Shown here: in pieces, positions 21,117 through 30,693 of the stretch | Numbering within the stretch: position 1 is the first letter of the stretch | Layout: each line of letters begins with the position of its first letter | Source: Candidatus Omnitrophica bacterium UBA6253 | Lineage (GTDB): Bacteria; Omnitrophota; Gorgyraeia; Gygaellales; Profunditerraquicolaceae | DNA length: 64,000 nt | Direction of reading: 5' to 3' | NCBI GenBank assembly: GCA_002441245.1 | Contig: DJVP01000005.1 | Coordinates: 2,303-66,302 of the forward strand | Translations under genes and position numbers: made by a program | Notes under the pieces: generated by a model | Database searches by the model: none | What the model was told of the DNA's origin: nothing | What the model saw: the letters and a program-made list of their open reading frames with translations, nothing else

Positions 21117-23226
21117 CATGTATATTTGCCCTATGCATCTTGAAATTGAGCAGGATAAGCCTGGAGATTGTCCGAAGTGTGGGATGCAGCTTGAGCAAAA
21201 GGCTGCTTTTGGCGGAGAAGATGACGATAAAGAAACGCGCGCGCTGTTGCATAAATTCTGGATTGGATTGATTTTGGCTTTCCCCGTTTTCTTCCTGGCG
21301 CTTGGTGAGATGATCCCGGTTTTTAACCCAAAGGCATTTATTTCTTACAATCATTCCCGTTGGCTGCAGTTTATTTTTGCAACACCAGTTGTACTGTGGG
21401 CAGGAAATACGTTCTTCGTAAAGGCCTGGAAATCGGTTTTGAATAAAAGCCTCAACATGTTTACTTTGATTGCTATGGGTGTGGGGGCGGCTTATGGTTT
21501 TAGCGCGATAGCTATTCTTTTTCCGGATATTTTTCCTGAATCATTAAAACAACGCGGCCAGCTCGGATTATATTTTGAAGCATCCGCTGTAATAACGGTC
21601 CTGGTGCTTATGGGGCAGCTTCTTGAAACAAGAGCGCGCAATAGAACAGGCCAGGCGATTAAGGCGTTGCTTGGCCTAGCCGCAAAGGTTGCCCACCGTA
21701 TTCGAAACGGTAAAGAAGAAGATGTTGTAGTTGATCAGGTCCAAAAAGGTGATTTATTGCGGGTTCGCCCGGGAGAGAAAATACCCCTGGATGGCATTAT
21801 TATTGAAGGCAGGAGCACAATCGATGAATCAATGATTTCAGGAGAGCCGATTCCGGTTGCCAAGGGGCAAGGCGATCGGGTTATTGGGGCAACCTTTAAT
21901 CAGACAGGTGCTTTTGTGATGCAGGCCGAGAAGATAGGTTCGGAAACCCTTCTTTCTCAAATCGTTAAAATGGTAGCAGATGCGCAACGCAGCCGCGCCC
22001 CTATCCAGAAGCTTGCGGATCAAGTTTCCGGGTATTTTGTCCCTGCCGTCTTGGGGTGCGCGTTAATTGCTTTTATTGTCTGGTCTATATTTGGGCCGCC
22101 GCCGGCTTTAGTATATGCTTTAGTCAGCGCTATTTCAGTTTTAATAATTGCCTGTCCTTGCGCTTTGGGCCTGGCAACGCCGATGTCAATTATGGTTGGC
22201 GTCGGAATTGGCGCGCAGTCAGGCGTATTGATTAAAGATGCCGAGGCGATTGAAAAGTGCGAGAGAGTAACCCATATCCTTACCGATAAGACAGGTACTT
22301 TAACTGTCGGCAGGCCACAGGTAATTGCCGCCATTACGGCAAATGGTTGGGATGAGAAGGCGTTATTGAGCGTAGCGGCTTCTATTGAACAGGGCAGTGA
22401 GCATCCGTTAGCCCGCTCAGTAGTTGATTATGCAAAAAATAAAGGCTATGTATTGGCGCCAGTCGATGGCTTTCAATCCGTAACGGGTACAGGGGTTAAA
22501 GGTAAGGTTGACGGTAAAGAGATTTTACTTGGAAAACAAAAGTTTATCGAAGAGAAAGGAATAAAACTCCCTGAAGAATTAGAAAATAAAGCCAATGATT
22601 TTCAAGAAAAAGCCGAGACAGTTGTTTGGGTAGCTGTTGATAGGCAGGTAGCTGGAATATTCGGAATCTCGGACCCTATAAAGAAAACAACTCCTGATGC
22701 TATTAGTACTTTGCATAAAATTGGTTTGAAAGTTGTCATGTTGACAGGTGACAATAAAAAGACCGCAAATGCCATCGCAAAAGAATTAAAAATTACCGAT
22801 GTGTATGCAGGTCTTGAGCCAAAAGATAAACAGGAGATTGTTAAAAAGTTAAGGAGCAAAGGCGCAAGGGTGTTGATGGCTGGAGACGGTATTAATGATG
22901 CGCCGGCATTGGCTGAAGCAGATGTCGGTGTTGCTATGGGCACGGGAACGGACGTGGCAATCGAGAACGCAGGGATAACTCTGGTTAAGGGTGATCTTAG
23001 TGGAATCGTCAAGGCGCTCAGGCTTAGTCGGGGGGTTATGCGGAATATCCGTCAAAACTTATTTTTTGCTTTTATTTATAATGTGTTAGGCGTTCCTATT
23101 GCTGCCGGTATACTTTATCCATTTCTGGGGCTATTTTTAAGTCCTATGATTGCCGGTACGGCAATGAGTTTTAGTTCGGTCTCGGTAATCGGTAATTCTC
23201 TCAGGCTGCGTAACATAAGGCTATAG
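21117..23226 (+). CDS. copA: Copper-translocating P1B-type ATPase (CopA-like) with N-terminal CPxH...CPxCGM metal-binding domain
   Basis: N-terminus is [20 protein letters not shown]. Also present: CPC in TM6 ([12 protein letters not shown]), DKTGTLT, HP, and [19 protein letters not shown]. Start chosen at the ATG at 21117 (MYICPMHL). Confidence 0.9.
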
Positions 23227-23436
23227 GAATAAATGCCTCTTTAGGTTTAGATATTTTTGATATATTGAGGCATTAAATTGCCTTTATAAATAGAAAAGTT
23301 ATTTTATTCTACTGTTGGATTTTCTACCGCAGTAACTTTTCCTGTTGTCTGCCTTTACTATTTTTTTGTTTTTAAAGGGGATATCTATTGAAGTGTTAAT
23401 TAAGAGTAGTATAATAAAAAACAGAAAGGAGAGGCT

Positions 23437-23991
23437 ATGAGAAAAACAGGTTTTTTGCTGGTTGTGGCGGTATTTTTGAGCGGGTGCGCGACAATGGCGG
23501 TTTCTAATTTGGTCGCCAATAATAGTATGAATTTAGTGCATCTTTCGCGGGGTATGAGCAAGGCGAAAGTACTCTCTATTATGGGTTCCAAGATCAGTGT
23601 TTATAATTGTGATCAAGCAGCCTTAAAAATCCCTCCTAAGGTTACAATAAGCAATCCTTACCGTACGGAGATGATTGAGACCTCGGGTAGGACGCTAGAA
23701 ATAATATATTATGTTACCAGTTTAAACAATAATAATTGCGTAATCGAAGAAGATGAGTTAACGCCTCTTGTTTTTGAAGATGCCAGGCTTATTGGCTGGG
23801 GAAAGAATTTTCTTCTAGAGATTGTTCCTGTTGGGCAGAAACCGCAGGTTCAGCAAAAAGAGAAAGCACTGGATAAACAACAAACAGACCAGGGGATGTC
23901 AGAGCCAAAGCAAGCTGATCAGGCAGCTCAGGTGCCGGCGCAAAAGATTGCGGGGTCTGCTCCGGAATCGGAAGTAAGCCCGGAAAAATAA
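23437..23991 (+). CDS. Lipoprotein, unknown function (DUF3192-like), Q-rich C-terminal tail
   Basis: Lipobox FLSGCAT. The C-terminus is low-complexity Q/K-rich. An RBS (AGGAGAGG) lies upstream. Confidence 0.55.
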   Translation: MRKTGFLLVVAVFLSGCATMAVSNLVANNSMNLVHLSRGMSKAKVLSIMGSKISVYNCDQAALKIPPKVTISNPYRTEMIETSGRTLEIIYYVTSLNNNNCVIEEDELTPLVFEDARLIGWGKNFLLEIVPVGQKPQVQQKEKALDKQQTDQGMSEPKQADQAAQVPAQKIAGSAPESEVSPEK

Positions 23992-24230
23992 GAAACTTTT
24001 GGTTTTTGCAGATGGAAACTTAATGGGCTATGACAATTTAAAGTCATAGCTCATTCTTTAATAACTGTCCAAGCGAAATAATACATGTGGTTTCAATAAA
24101 GATATTTTAATGAATTGTTGAAGTTTATCTTGAACGCGGTATATTGTATTTAGAATTTAAACTTAAATGGCCTAAAGATTAATCCAGGGGAAATAGCGGT
24201 GTACAAGAAAGTCAAAGTATCAGGGCAGCT

Positions 24231-24626
24231 TTGATGAAAAGAATTATTGTTAGTTTAACTCTTTTGCTTTTTATTGTATCTTTAGAAGGTTGCACATATA
24301 TCGCTCATTATAAGCAATTTGTGCTGCTTAAAAGACTTGGGGATAACCAGAGAGAAATCGAAGAATATTTAGATACCCAGGAAAGGTTATTTTATAAACT
24401 TAAAGATGATGTCTTGAATAACCGTTTGACTAAAGGCCTGCCAGGCAAGAAAATTTTATCTGTGTATGGCAGGCCTGTTTTTTGCAGATCATCAGAAGGT
24501 GGATGCAAGATTAAGGAAACTTGTTTTTACCGGCATCCCACCCATTATTTTTATTCGGATATGATCTATCTTGATTTCGATATTAACCGATGTTTAATTT
24601 CATGGGGATTAATCAAGGCAAAATAA
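24231..24626 (+). CDS. Small lipoprotein, unknown function
   Basis: Signal peptide with lipobox LEGCTY. 131 aa. Confidence 0.45.
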   Translation: MMKRIIVSLTLLLFIVSLEGCTYIAHYKQFVLLKRLGDNQREIEEYLDTQERLFYKLKDDVLNNRLTKGLPGKKILSVYGRPVFCRSSEGGCKIKETCFYRHPTHYFYSDMIYLDFDINRCLISWGLIKAK

Positions 24627-24666
24627 CTGGTAAATTTATTGAGGCTGCCGGGGAAAGGATAAAGAG

Positions 24667-24879
24667 ATGAAATATTTCTTACTGATTTTCTTATGTTTTA
24701 CCTTTGTGGGTTGTACAACTATTTCTAGAACTAAGAAACTAGAAAAACAGATAGCCGACCTTCAGGAAACTATCCTAAAAAAGAATGAAGATATAAAAAT
24801 TAAAGAAGACAGGTTAAAGGAAGAAGAATTAGAGGCCAACCGGTTGCGTAAGGAACTGGAGAGGTTCGGCGTTTTTTAA
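24667..24879 (+). CDS. Small coiled-coil lipoprotein, unknown function
   Basis: Lipobox FVGCTT, followed by a charged heptad-like stretch (KKLEKQIADLQETILKKNEDIKIKEDRLKEEELEANRLRKELERF). Confidence 0.4.
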   Translation: MKYFLLIFLCFTFVGCTTISRTKKLEKQIADLQETILKKNEDIKIKEDRLKEEELEANRLRKELERFGVF

Positions 24880-24967
24880 TAACAACCTGTTTTTTTAAAA
24901 AGAGCATATGTGGCCTGGCCGCTCTAGGCTGTAGTAAGGACTGCTGGATATGAAACAAGATAGATAG

Positions 24968-26008
24968 ATGAAAATAAATCACATTTTAAAAACAATTCTT
25001 TATAAATATTATTTCATATTGGCATTGGCATTAGTATGTTTTATAGGGTTTTTAGACTATATAACTGGATGGGAGTTGCAATTTTTTATATTCTATCTTT
25101 TGCCCATAGGGATAATAGTCTGGTTTGGGGGTTTATTCTTGGGTATTCTTGTATCCCTGATAAGTATTTTTACGTGGTACTCCATAGATATATTTACGAG
25201 ACATCAGCATGCTTCAGTGTATATTTTTATTTGGAATGGAGGTATCAGGTTTATAGTTTTTGTAACAGTTGCATTTTTCATATTCAAAATTAGGAGCTAT
25301 CAGAAAACTTATAAAGATTTTGTAGATTTTATAATCCATGATTTACGTGTCCCTTTAAGTACAATTTACGCTGCTGTTAAGAATTTGGAGGATTTTACCT
25401 CATTGGATAAAAAACAGAAAGAAATTCTTACGATTTGTAAGATCGCAAGCCAAAGGGGAATAACACTTGTTAATTCAATCCTCGACTTTTCTAGATTAGA
25501 ATCTAAAAAAATGCCTTTGGATATAAAAAATATAAACTTAGATGCAGGGATAACTTCAGCTATAGAGATGGTTTCAGTATATGCAAATAATCAGAAGGTA
25601 AAATTAGAAAAGCACTTAGAGTCTCTCCCGAAAGATTTTTATACGGATTACTCATTGCTTTTACGTATTCTGGTTAATCTATTGAGTAACGCTATCAAGG
25701 CAAGCGCAAATGGCTGCATTGTTTCTATCTGCGTAACGGGAGTTGAAGGCAACGTAATTTTTAATGTTATAGATGAAGGAAAGGGATTTCCGCGCCTTGC
25801 AACTTCAAGGCTTTTCAGGAAATTCAACCAATTCCATGAAAAAGAAAAAGACGGTATGCTGGGAAGCGGCTTGGGGTTGGTTTTTTGTAAGTTAGCCATT
25901 GAGGAATTAGGCGGCAGCATAAAGATAGAAAGCCAGGAAAATAAGGGAACGAAAGTTACCTTTAGTATACCTAATAAGAATTTCCCTCGATCCGTAACTT
26001 GCCCATAA
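24968..26008 (+). CDS. Sensor histidine kinase (4-TM membrane sensor + HisKA + HATPase_c)
   Basis: The H-box is IHDLRVPLSTI. The G-boxes are GSGLGLVFCKLAIEELGGSIKIES. Four N-terminal hydrophobic helices are present. No response regulator is adjacent. Confidence 0.8.
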   Translation: MKINHILKTILYKYYFILALALVCFIGFLDYITGWELQFFIFYLLPIGIIVWFGGLFLGILVSLISIFTWYSIDIFTRHQHASVYIFIWNGGIRFIVFVTVAFFIFKIRSYQKTYKDFVDFIIHDLRVPLSTIYAAVKNLEDFTSLDKKQKEILTICKIASQRGITLVNSILDFSRLESKKMPLDIKNINLDAGITSAIEMVSVYANNQKVKLEKHLESLPKDFYTDYSLLLRILVNLLSNAIKASANGCIVSICVTGVEGNVIFNVIDEGKGFPRLATSRLFRKFNQFHEKEKDGMLGSGLGLVFCKLAIEELGGSIKIESQENKGTKVTFSIPNKNFPRSVTCP

Positions 26009-26173
26009 TTTGATATAGCGACCGGCAAATATGAGGCATTTATTGAAGAGGCCTCCTTAAAAATAAAATTGCCAGGAAGATAAATATGATTACCGATAAG
26101 TTTCCTCGTAAACTTTTTCGTGCTAAATTTAGAAACTGATTAATTTTGCTGATTTTAATGATTCTCGATAAAG

Positions 26174-26208
26174 CTTGACAGGATAGTGGAAAATCATTAC
26201 TATAGAAA
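26174..26208 (+). promoter_or_regulatory. Sigma70-like promoter for the mscS leader
   Basis: TTGACA, then a 17-nt spacer, then TACTAT. Confidence 0.4.
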
Positions 26209-26238
26209 CAAAAGCAAAGCAGAATGAAATATTCCGGG

Positions 26239-26317
26239 TTCAGAAGTAATGATTATTTCTGAAGGGAGCATTGATGGTCGGGCCGCCATCTGATTTAAAA
26301 TCAGGTGGCGTTTTTTT
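26239..26317 (+). ncRNA. Structured 5'-UTR cis-regulatory element, copy 1 (hairpin A + antiterminator/terminator), upstream of mscS
   Basis: Hairpin A is UUCAGAAGUAA-UGA-UUAUUUCUGAA (26239-26263), followed by AGGG. The 20-mer GATGGTCGGGCCGCCATCTG (26273-26292) is identical to copy 2 and contains the GAUGG/CCAUC stem. Its CCAUC is shared with the terminator hairpin CCAUCUGAUUU-AAA-AAUCAGGUGG plus U7 (26286-26317). The element ends about 40 nt before the mscS start. Confidence 0.6.
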
Positions 26318-26356
26318 ATTTTTACGATATTCTTGGAAATGAATTCAGGAGAAATT

Positions 26357-27409
26357 ATGAACGGAATAATACTTGAGCAGGTTTTTTTAGGAAATAAAAT
26401 ATCGGATTATTTGATATCCGCTGTAGCTTTACTGGCCAGTTTTATGGTCATTAATATTTTTAAACGGCATTTCATAAAACGCCTTAAGAAAATCGCAGAA
26501 AGGACAACTACCACAGTAGATGATTTTCTGGTAAAGGTCATTGAAAAACTCGCCGTTCCTTTCTTATATCTGGTTGCTGTTTATACCATAGTAAAGAATT
26601 TTGCATTGTATCCTTACGTTGAACGCGGTATGAATTATTTAGGTTTTGCCGTTGTAATTGTTTTCGTTGCGCGTTTTGTTATTATGCTTGTTGGGTATGG
26701 TTTTAAAATATACCTGGCCAAAAATAGTAATGATGTTACTCTTGAGCACAGTCTCCAGGGTGTATTGATAGTGATAAAAGTATTGGTTTGGGGCGGCGCA
26801 ATCATCTTTTCTTTAGATAATCTTGGTTTTAAAATCTCAGCGATTATAGCAGGTTTGGGCATTGGCGGCGTGGCTGTGGCATTGGCGGCGCAGACTATCT
26901 TGAAAGATCTCTTCAGCTATTTTTCCATAATCTTTGATCAACCTTTTAAAGTCGGGGATTTCATTATAGTCGGAGACTATATGGGGACGATAGAATATAT
27001 CGGCATAAAGACAACGCGTATCCGCAGCCTGGGAGGGGAGATGCTCGTTTTTTCCAACTCGGATCTTACGGATTCGCGGTTACGTAATTATAAGTTAATG
27101 GAAAAAAGGCGGGTTGTGTTTAAATTAGGGGTTGTTTACCAGGTGCCCACTAAACAATTAAAAGAGTTGCCGAAAATTATAGAAGGAATTATAAAAAATA
27201 CAAAGGATGCAGTCTTTGACCGGGCCCATTTTTGTGCTTACGGAGATTTCAGTTTGATATTCGAAGTAGTATATTATGTGGTTGGTTCTGATTATAATAA
27301 ATATATGGATGTCCAGCAGGAGATTAATTTTTCCATTAAAGAAGAGTTTGAAAAAAGGGGTATCGAATTTGCATATCCAACTCAGACCCTTTATGTTAAT
27401 AAAAACTGA
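26357..27409 (+). CDS. mscS: Mechanosensitive ion channel, MscS family
   Basis: Pore-lining TM3 motif (IAGLGIGGVAVALAAQTILKDLFSYFSIIFD) followed by the beta-domain (FKVGDFIIVGDYMGTIEYIGIKTTRIRSLGGEMLVFSNSDL). Start set at the ATG 5 nt after AGGAG; the ORF track begins earlier at a TTG. Confidence 0.85.
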   Translation: MNGIILEQVFLGNKISDYLISAVALLASFMVINIFKRHFIKRLKKIAERTTTTVDDFLVKVIEKLAVPFLYLVAVYTIVKNFALYPYVERGMNYLGFAVVIVFVARFVIMLVGYGFKIYLAKNSNDVTLEHSLQGVLIVIKVLVWGGAIIFSLDNLGFKISAIIAGLGIGGVAVALAAQTILKDLFSYFSIIFDQPFKVGDFIIVGDYMGTIEYIGIKTTRIRSLGGEMLVFSNSDLTDSRLRNYKLMEKRRVVFKLGVVYQVPTKQLKELPKIIEGIIKNTKDAVFDRAHFCAYGDFSLIFEVVYYVVGSDYNKYMDVQQEINFSIKEEFEKRGIEFAYPTQTLYVNKN

Positions 27410-27432
27410 TTCTGAAGAAAGGAGCAAGAAAG

Positions 27433-28434
27433 ATGGACTGGAAAGAAGGAGTTCCTAATCCCAATGATATTATTGATGCAGGTAAGAAGAAATTTGGCGA
27501 TTTTTTAAAGTTCCTGCCTTTGGTAATTGTTGGTTTTTTTATACTGGCAGGCTTAAGGGGGGTAATTTATTCCATAGGGCCAGACGAGGTAGGCGTAATT
27601 CAAAGGTTTGGTAAATACATTGCCTTAAGTTCACCTGGGCTGCACGCAAAAATACCCTTTGGGATAGATAAGGTGATGCCGATTAAAGTAGAAAAGGTTT
27701 TCAAAGAGGAATTCGGGTTTAAGACCATAGAGCCGGGGCGCAGGACAACATATTCCGCGCGTAAATATGAGGATGAATCATTGATGCTTACCGGAGACTT
27801 GAATATACTAGATGTGCGCTGGATAGTACAGTTTAAGATAAAAGATCCGGTAAAATTGCTTTTCGCTACACGTCACCCCGAAGATAATATACACGACATT
27901 TCCGAAGTAGTTATGCGGCGTTTTGTCGGGGATTATTCTGTAGATGAAGTCCTTACTACTAAAAGAGAAGAGATAGATGATTTGGCGCAGCAAGAGATTC
28001 AGCGTATACTTGATAATTATAATGTTGGAGTGCATATAGTTACGGTTAAGCTATTGGATGTTAATCCTCCTGAGGCGGTAAAGTCCGCATTTAACGAAGT
28101 AAATGAGGCTAAACAGGAAAAAGAAAAGATGATTAACCAAGCTTGGGAAGCATATAATAAAGTTATTCCTAAGGCCAAGGGTACAGCAGAAAAGACTATC
28201 CGTGAATCAGAGGGTTATGCTATGGATAAGATAAACCGTGCAAGGGGGGAATCAGCCAGATTCCTTGCTACCTTAGAGGAGTATAAGAAAGCCCCGGATA
28301 TAACTAAAAAGAGGCTGTATTTAGAAACTTTGACGCAAGTTTTTCCTAACGCAAAAGAGAAATACATAATTGATTCGCAGCAAAAATCAATTCTACCTCT
28401 TTTGGATATTAACAAGAAAGGAGGGCAGCAGTAA
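27433..28434 (+). CDS. hflK: FtsH protease modulator HflK (SPFH/band-7)
   Basis: N-terminal TM, then GVIQRFGKY...SPGLHAKIPF and the SPFH domain. Paired with hflC. Confidence 0.9.
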   Translation: MDWKEGVPNPNDIIDAGKKKFGDFLKFLPLVIVGFFILAGLRGVIYSIGPDEVGVIQRFGKYIALSSPGLHAKIPFGIDKVMPIKVEKVFKEEFGFKTIEPGRRTTYSARKYEDESLMLTGDLNILDVRWIVQFKIKDPVKLLFATRHPEDNIHDISEVVMRRFVGDYSVDEVLTTKREEIDDLAQQEIQRILDNYNVGVHIVTVKLLDVNPPEAVKSAFNEVNEAKQEKEKMINQAWEAYNKVIPKAKGTAEKTIRESEGYAMDKINRARGESARFLATLEEYKKAPDITKKRLYLETLTQVFPNAKEKYIIDSQQKSILPLLDINKKGGQQ

Positions 28435-29393
28435 TGAGGACATTACGTTTAATTATTGGGTTTTTTGCGGTATTATTAGCTATTATATTGCTTTTGTTTG
28501 CCTTCGGCGCGATATATATAATCGAAGAAGGAAAACAGGCGGTTGTTACGCAATTCGGAAAACCCGTGGGCAACCCGATTACCTCGGCTGGCCTGCATTT
28601 TAAGCAGCCATTAATTCAGGAAGTGCATTATTTTGAGAAGAGGCTGTTAGATTGGGACGGAGACCCAAACCAGATACCTACTAAAGATAAAAAATATATC
28701 TGGGTGGATACTACTGCCCGATGGAAAATTGTAGATGCTTTGAAATTCCTGCAGTCAGTAGGCAATGAAATGAGTGCTCAGGGCAGGATCGATGATATCA
28801 TAAACTCCGCAACCAGGGATATAATTACCAGCCATCTTTTGGTTGAAGCGGTAAGGGATTCTAACCGTATTTTGGAGTCCAGAGTAGAAGGTGAGGATAT
28901 GATTGTTACGGATGAGGCATTAGAACGTATTGAAGTAGGCAGAAAAATGCTGGAGAGCGCAATTTTAGAAAAAGCAAAAGTTCTTGCCCCCCAATATGGT
29001 ATTGATATTGTTGATGTGCGTATTAAACGCGTAAATTATGTAGAAGATGTGCGTAATAAAGTTTATGATCGTATGATTGCCGAAAGAAAGCGTGCCGCAG
29101 AGAAATATCGTTCCGAAGGCCAGGGAAAATCTGCTGAGATAGAGGGGCAGGTAGCCAAGGAATTAAAGGCTATTACTTCGGAGGCCTACCGTCAGGCGCA
29201 GATTATTACCGGTAAGGCGGATGCCGAAGCAATCAGTATATATGCTAGCGCATACAGTCAGGATTCCGATTTTTATTCTTTTATGAAAACACTGGAAACT
29301 TACAGAACTACTATTGATGAAAAATCTACGATAATATTGACTACCGACAGTGAATATTATAAATATATAAAGTCCTTGGATGCTTCGAAATAG
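28434..29393 (+). CDS. hflC: FtsH protease modulator HflC (SPFH/band-7)
   Basis: N-terminal TM, AVVTQFGKPVG...AGLHFKQPLIQ, and the SPFH domain. Its start overlaps the hflK stop (ATGA). Confidence 0.9.
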   Translation: MRTLRLIIGFFAVLLAIILLLFAFGAIYIIEEGKQAVVTQFGKPVGNPITSAGLHFKQPLIQEVHYFEKRLLDWDGDPNQIPTKDKKYIWVDTTARWKIVDALKFLQSVGNEMSAQGRIDDIINSATRDIITSHLLVEAVRDSNRILESRVEGEDMIVTDEALERIEVGRKMLESAILEKAKVLAPQYGIDIVDVRIKRVNYVEDVRNKVYDRMIAERKRAAEKYRSEGQGKSAEIEGQVAKELKAITSEAYRQAQIITGKADAEAISIYASAYSQDSDFYSFMKTLETYRTTIDEKSTIILTTDSEYYKYIKSLDASK

Positions 29394-29466
29394 AATATTT
29401 CTTCAGCCCTATGAGAAAGGATTGTCTGTGAAGAGCGCATAAAATAAACGTAGTTATCATATAATT

Positions 29467-29489
29467 AAGCCCGGATTTTTCCGGCTTTT
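29467..29489 (+). terminator. Possible intrinsic terminator after hflC
   Basis: AAGC(C)CGG-AUUUUU-CCGGCUU is a stem with one bulged C, followed by UU and an AT-rich tail. Weak. Confidence 0.35.
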
Positions 29490-29562
29490 AAATATTTCTT
29501 ATAAAATAATCGAAGCTTGATTTAAGAAACATCTGGGGTTAAAATAATATCAGGCGAAAAAA

Positions 29563-30690
29563 ATGTCTTCAGGAAAACTTACCTTTGATTATTTAGAGTC
29601 AAAAATTCTCCAGCTTAAACTAAGCGGAGACTGGCAGCTTTCCGCAGGCCTTCCTTCGGCAGATGAAGTCCTTGCCCAGCTTGATTCCCATGCAGGTATT
29701 ACCGGGGTTAGTTTTGTTGCGTCTCAGGATTTCAAATGGGACAGCGCGTTTATTTCCTTCCTGTTTAAATTAAGAAGTATCTCTAAAGAAAGAAATATCC
29801 GATTTACTGTTTTAGGCCTTCCTCCGCAGATAGAAAAGCTGCTTAAGCTTTCTCCCGCGCAAGCTGAGAAAATAATACCCCATAAGACAGTAGAGGAGCC
29901 TTTTCTCGATAGTATAGGCAGTAGGGTTATCGGGGTTAAAAATACCACGCTTTCTGTGTTGAGTTTCTTAGGGGATATTGTGCTCGCTTTTAAACGCTTT
30001 ATTTGCGGTAAAGCTTTTTTTCGCAAAGATGATTTTCTTGCTATCGTGCAAAGATGTGGAGCAGATGCCTTGGGGTTGGTTTCACTGATTAGCATATTAG
30101 TGGGGATGATCCTGGCTTTTATCGGTGCGATTCAGTTAAAGATGTTCGGGGCGCAGATTTATATCGCCGATATCGTAGGGATTGCTATGGTCCGGGTGAT
30201 GGGGGCGATAATGACGGCAATTTTAATGTCTGGCCGCACCGGAGCCAGTTTTGCCGCAGAATTGGGGATTATGCAGGCTAATGAAGAGATTGATGCACTG
30301 AAAACTTTGGGAGTTTCTCCGGCCGAATTTTTGATCATGCCGCGCGTATTGGCATTAGTAATAATGATGCCGCTGTTGACTATTTATGCAAACCTGATGG
30401 GTATAGCCGGGGGGTTTATTATCAGCACGGGGGTTTTGGGGCTTAACCCTGTTGAGTATTTTAATCATACTATAACAGCGGTAAAGTTGAATAATCTTTG
30501 GCTTGGGTTGATTCAGGGGTTTGTTTTCGGCATAATCATCGCAGTTTCCGGATGTTATAGAGGAATGCAATGCGAAAGAAGCTCCACAGGCATAGGTGAA
30601 GCTACAACCTCGGCAGTGGTCACGGCAATAACTGCTATCGTAATTGCTACCGCAATTATTACTTTTGTTTGCCAGATTATAGGGGTTTAA
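29563..30690 (+). CDS. MlaE-family ABC permease with N-terminal STAS-like domain
   Basis: About 110-aa soluble N-terminal domain, then the MlaE-type permease core (ILMSGRTGASFAAELGIMQANEEIDALKTLGVSP). It is followed by the ATPase and an MCE protein. Confidence 0.85.
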   Translation: MSSGKLTFDYLESKILQLKLSGDWQLSAGLPSADEVLAQLDSHAGITGVSFVASQDFKWDSAFISFLFKLRSISKERNIRFTVLGLPPQIEKLLKLSPAQAEKIIPHKTVEEPFLDSIGSRVIGVKNTTLSVLSFLGDIVLAFKRFICGKAFFRKDDFLAIVQRCGADALGLVSLISILVGMILAFIGAIQLKMFGAQIYIADIVGIAMVRVMGAIMTAILMSGRTGASFAAELGIMQANEEIDALKTLGVSPAEFLIMPRVLALVIMMPLLTIYANLMGIAGGFIISTGVLGLNPVEYFNHTITAVKLNNLWLGLIQGFVFGIIIAVSGCYRGMQCERSSTGIGEATTSAVVTAITAIVIATAIITFVCQIIGV

Positions 30691-30693
30691 TTA

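Noticed and set aside
21082-21354. Minus-strand 90-aa ORF spanning the PK-like/copA junction
   Set aside because: It overlaps the 3' end of one supported gene and the 5' end (metal-binding domain) of another. It has no features of a real gene.
23227-23300. Inverted repeat AATGCCTC ... GAGGCATT after copA as a terminator
   Set aside because: The 8-bp arms are separated by a ~29-nt AT-rich loop and there is no clean U-tract, so this is not a convincing intrinsic terminator.
26273-26292. Possible fluoride (crcB) or ZTP riboswitch, considered because of the GAUGG / CCGACC-like strings in the conserved 20-mer
   Set aside because: It lacks the fluoride riboswitch's pseudoknot and the 3' conserved block. 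It also lacks the ZTP sub-domain arrangement (the CCGAC string here is on the wrong strand and in the wrong order). The downstream genes (mscS, otsA) are not typical for either class. It is treated instead as an unclassified element.
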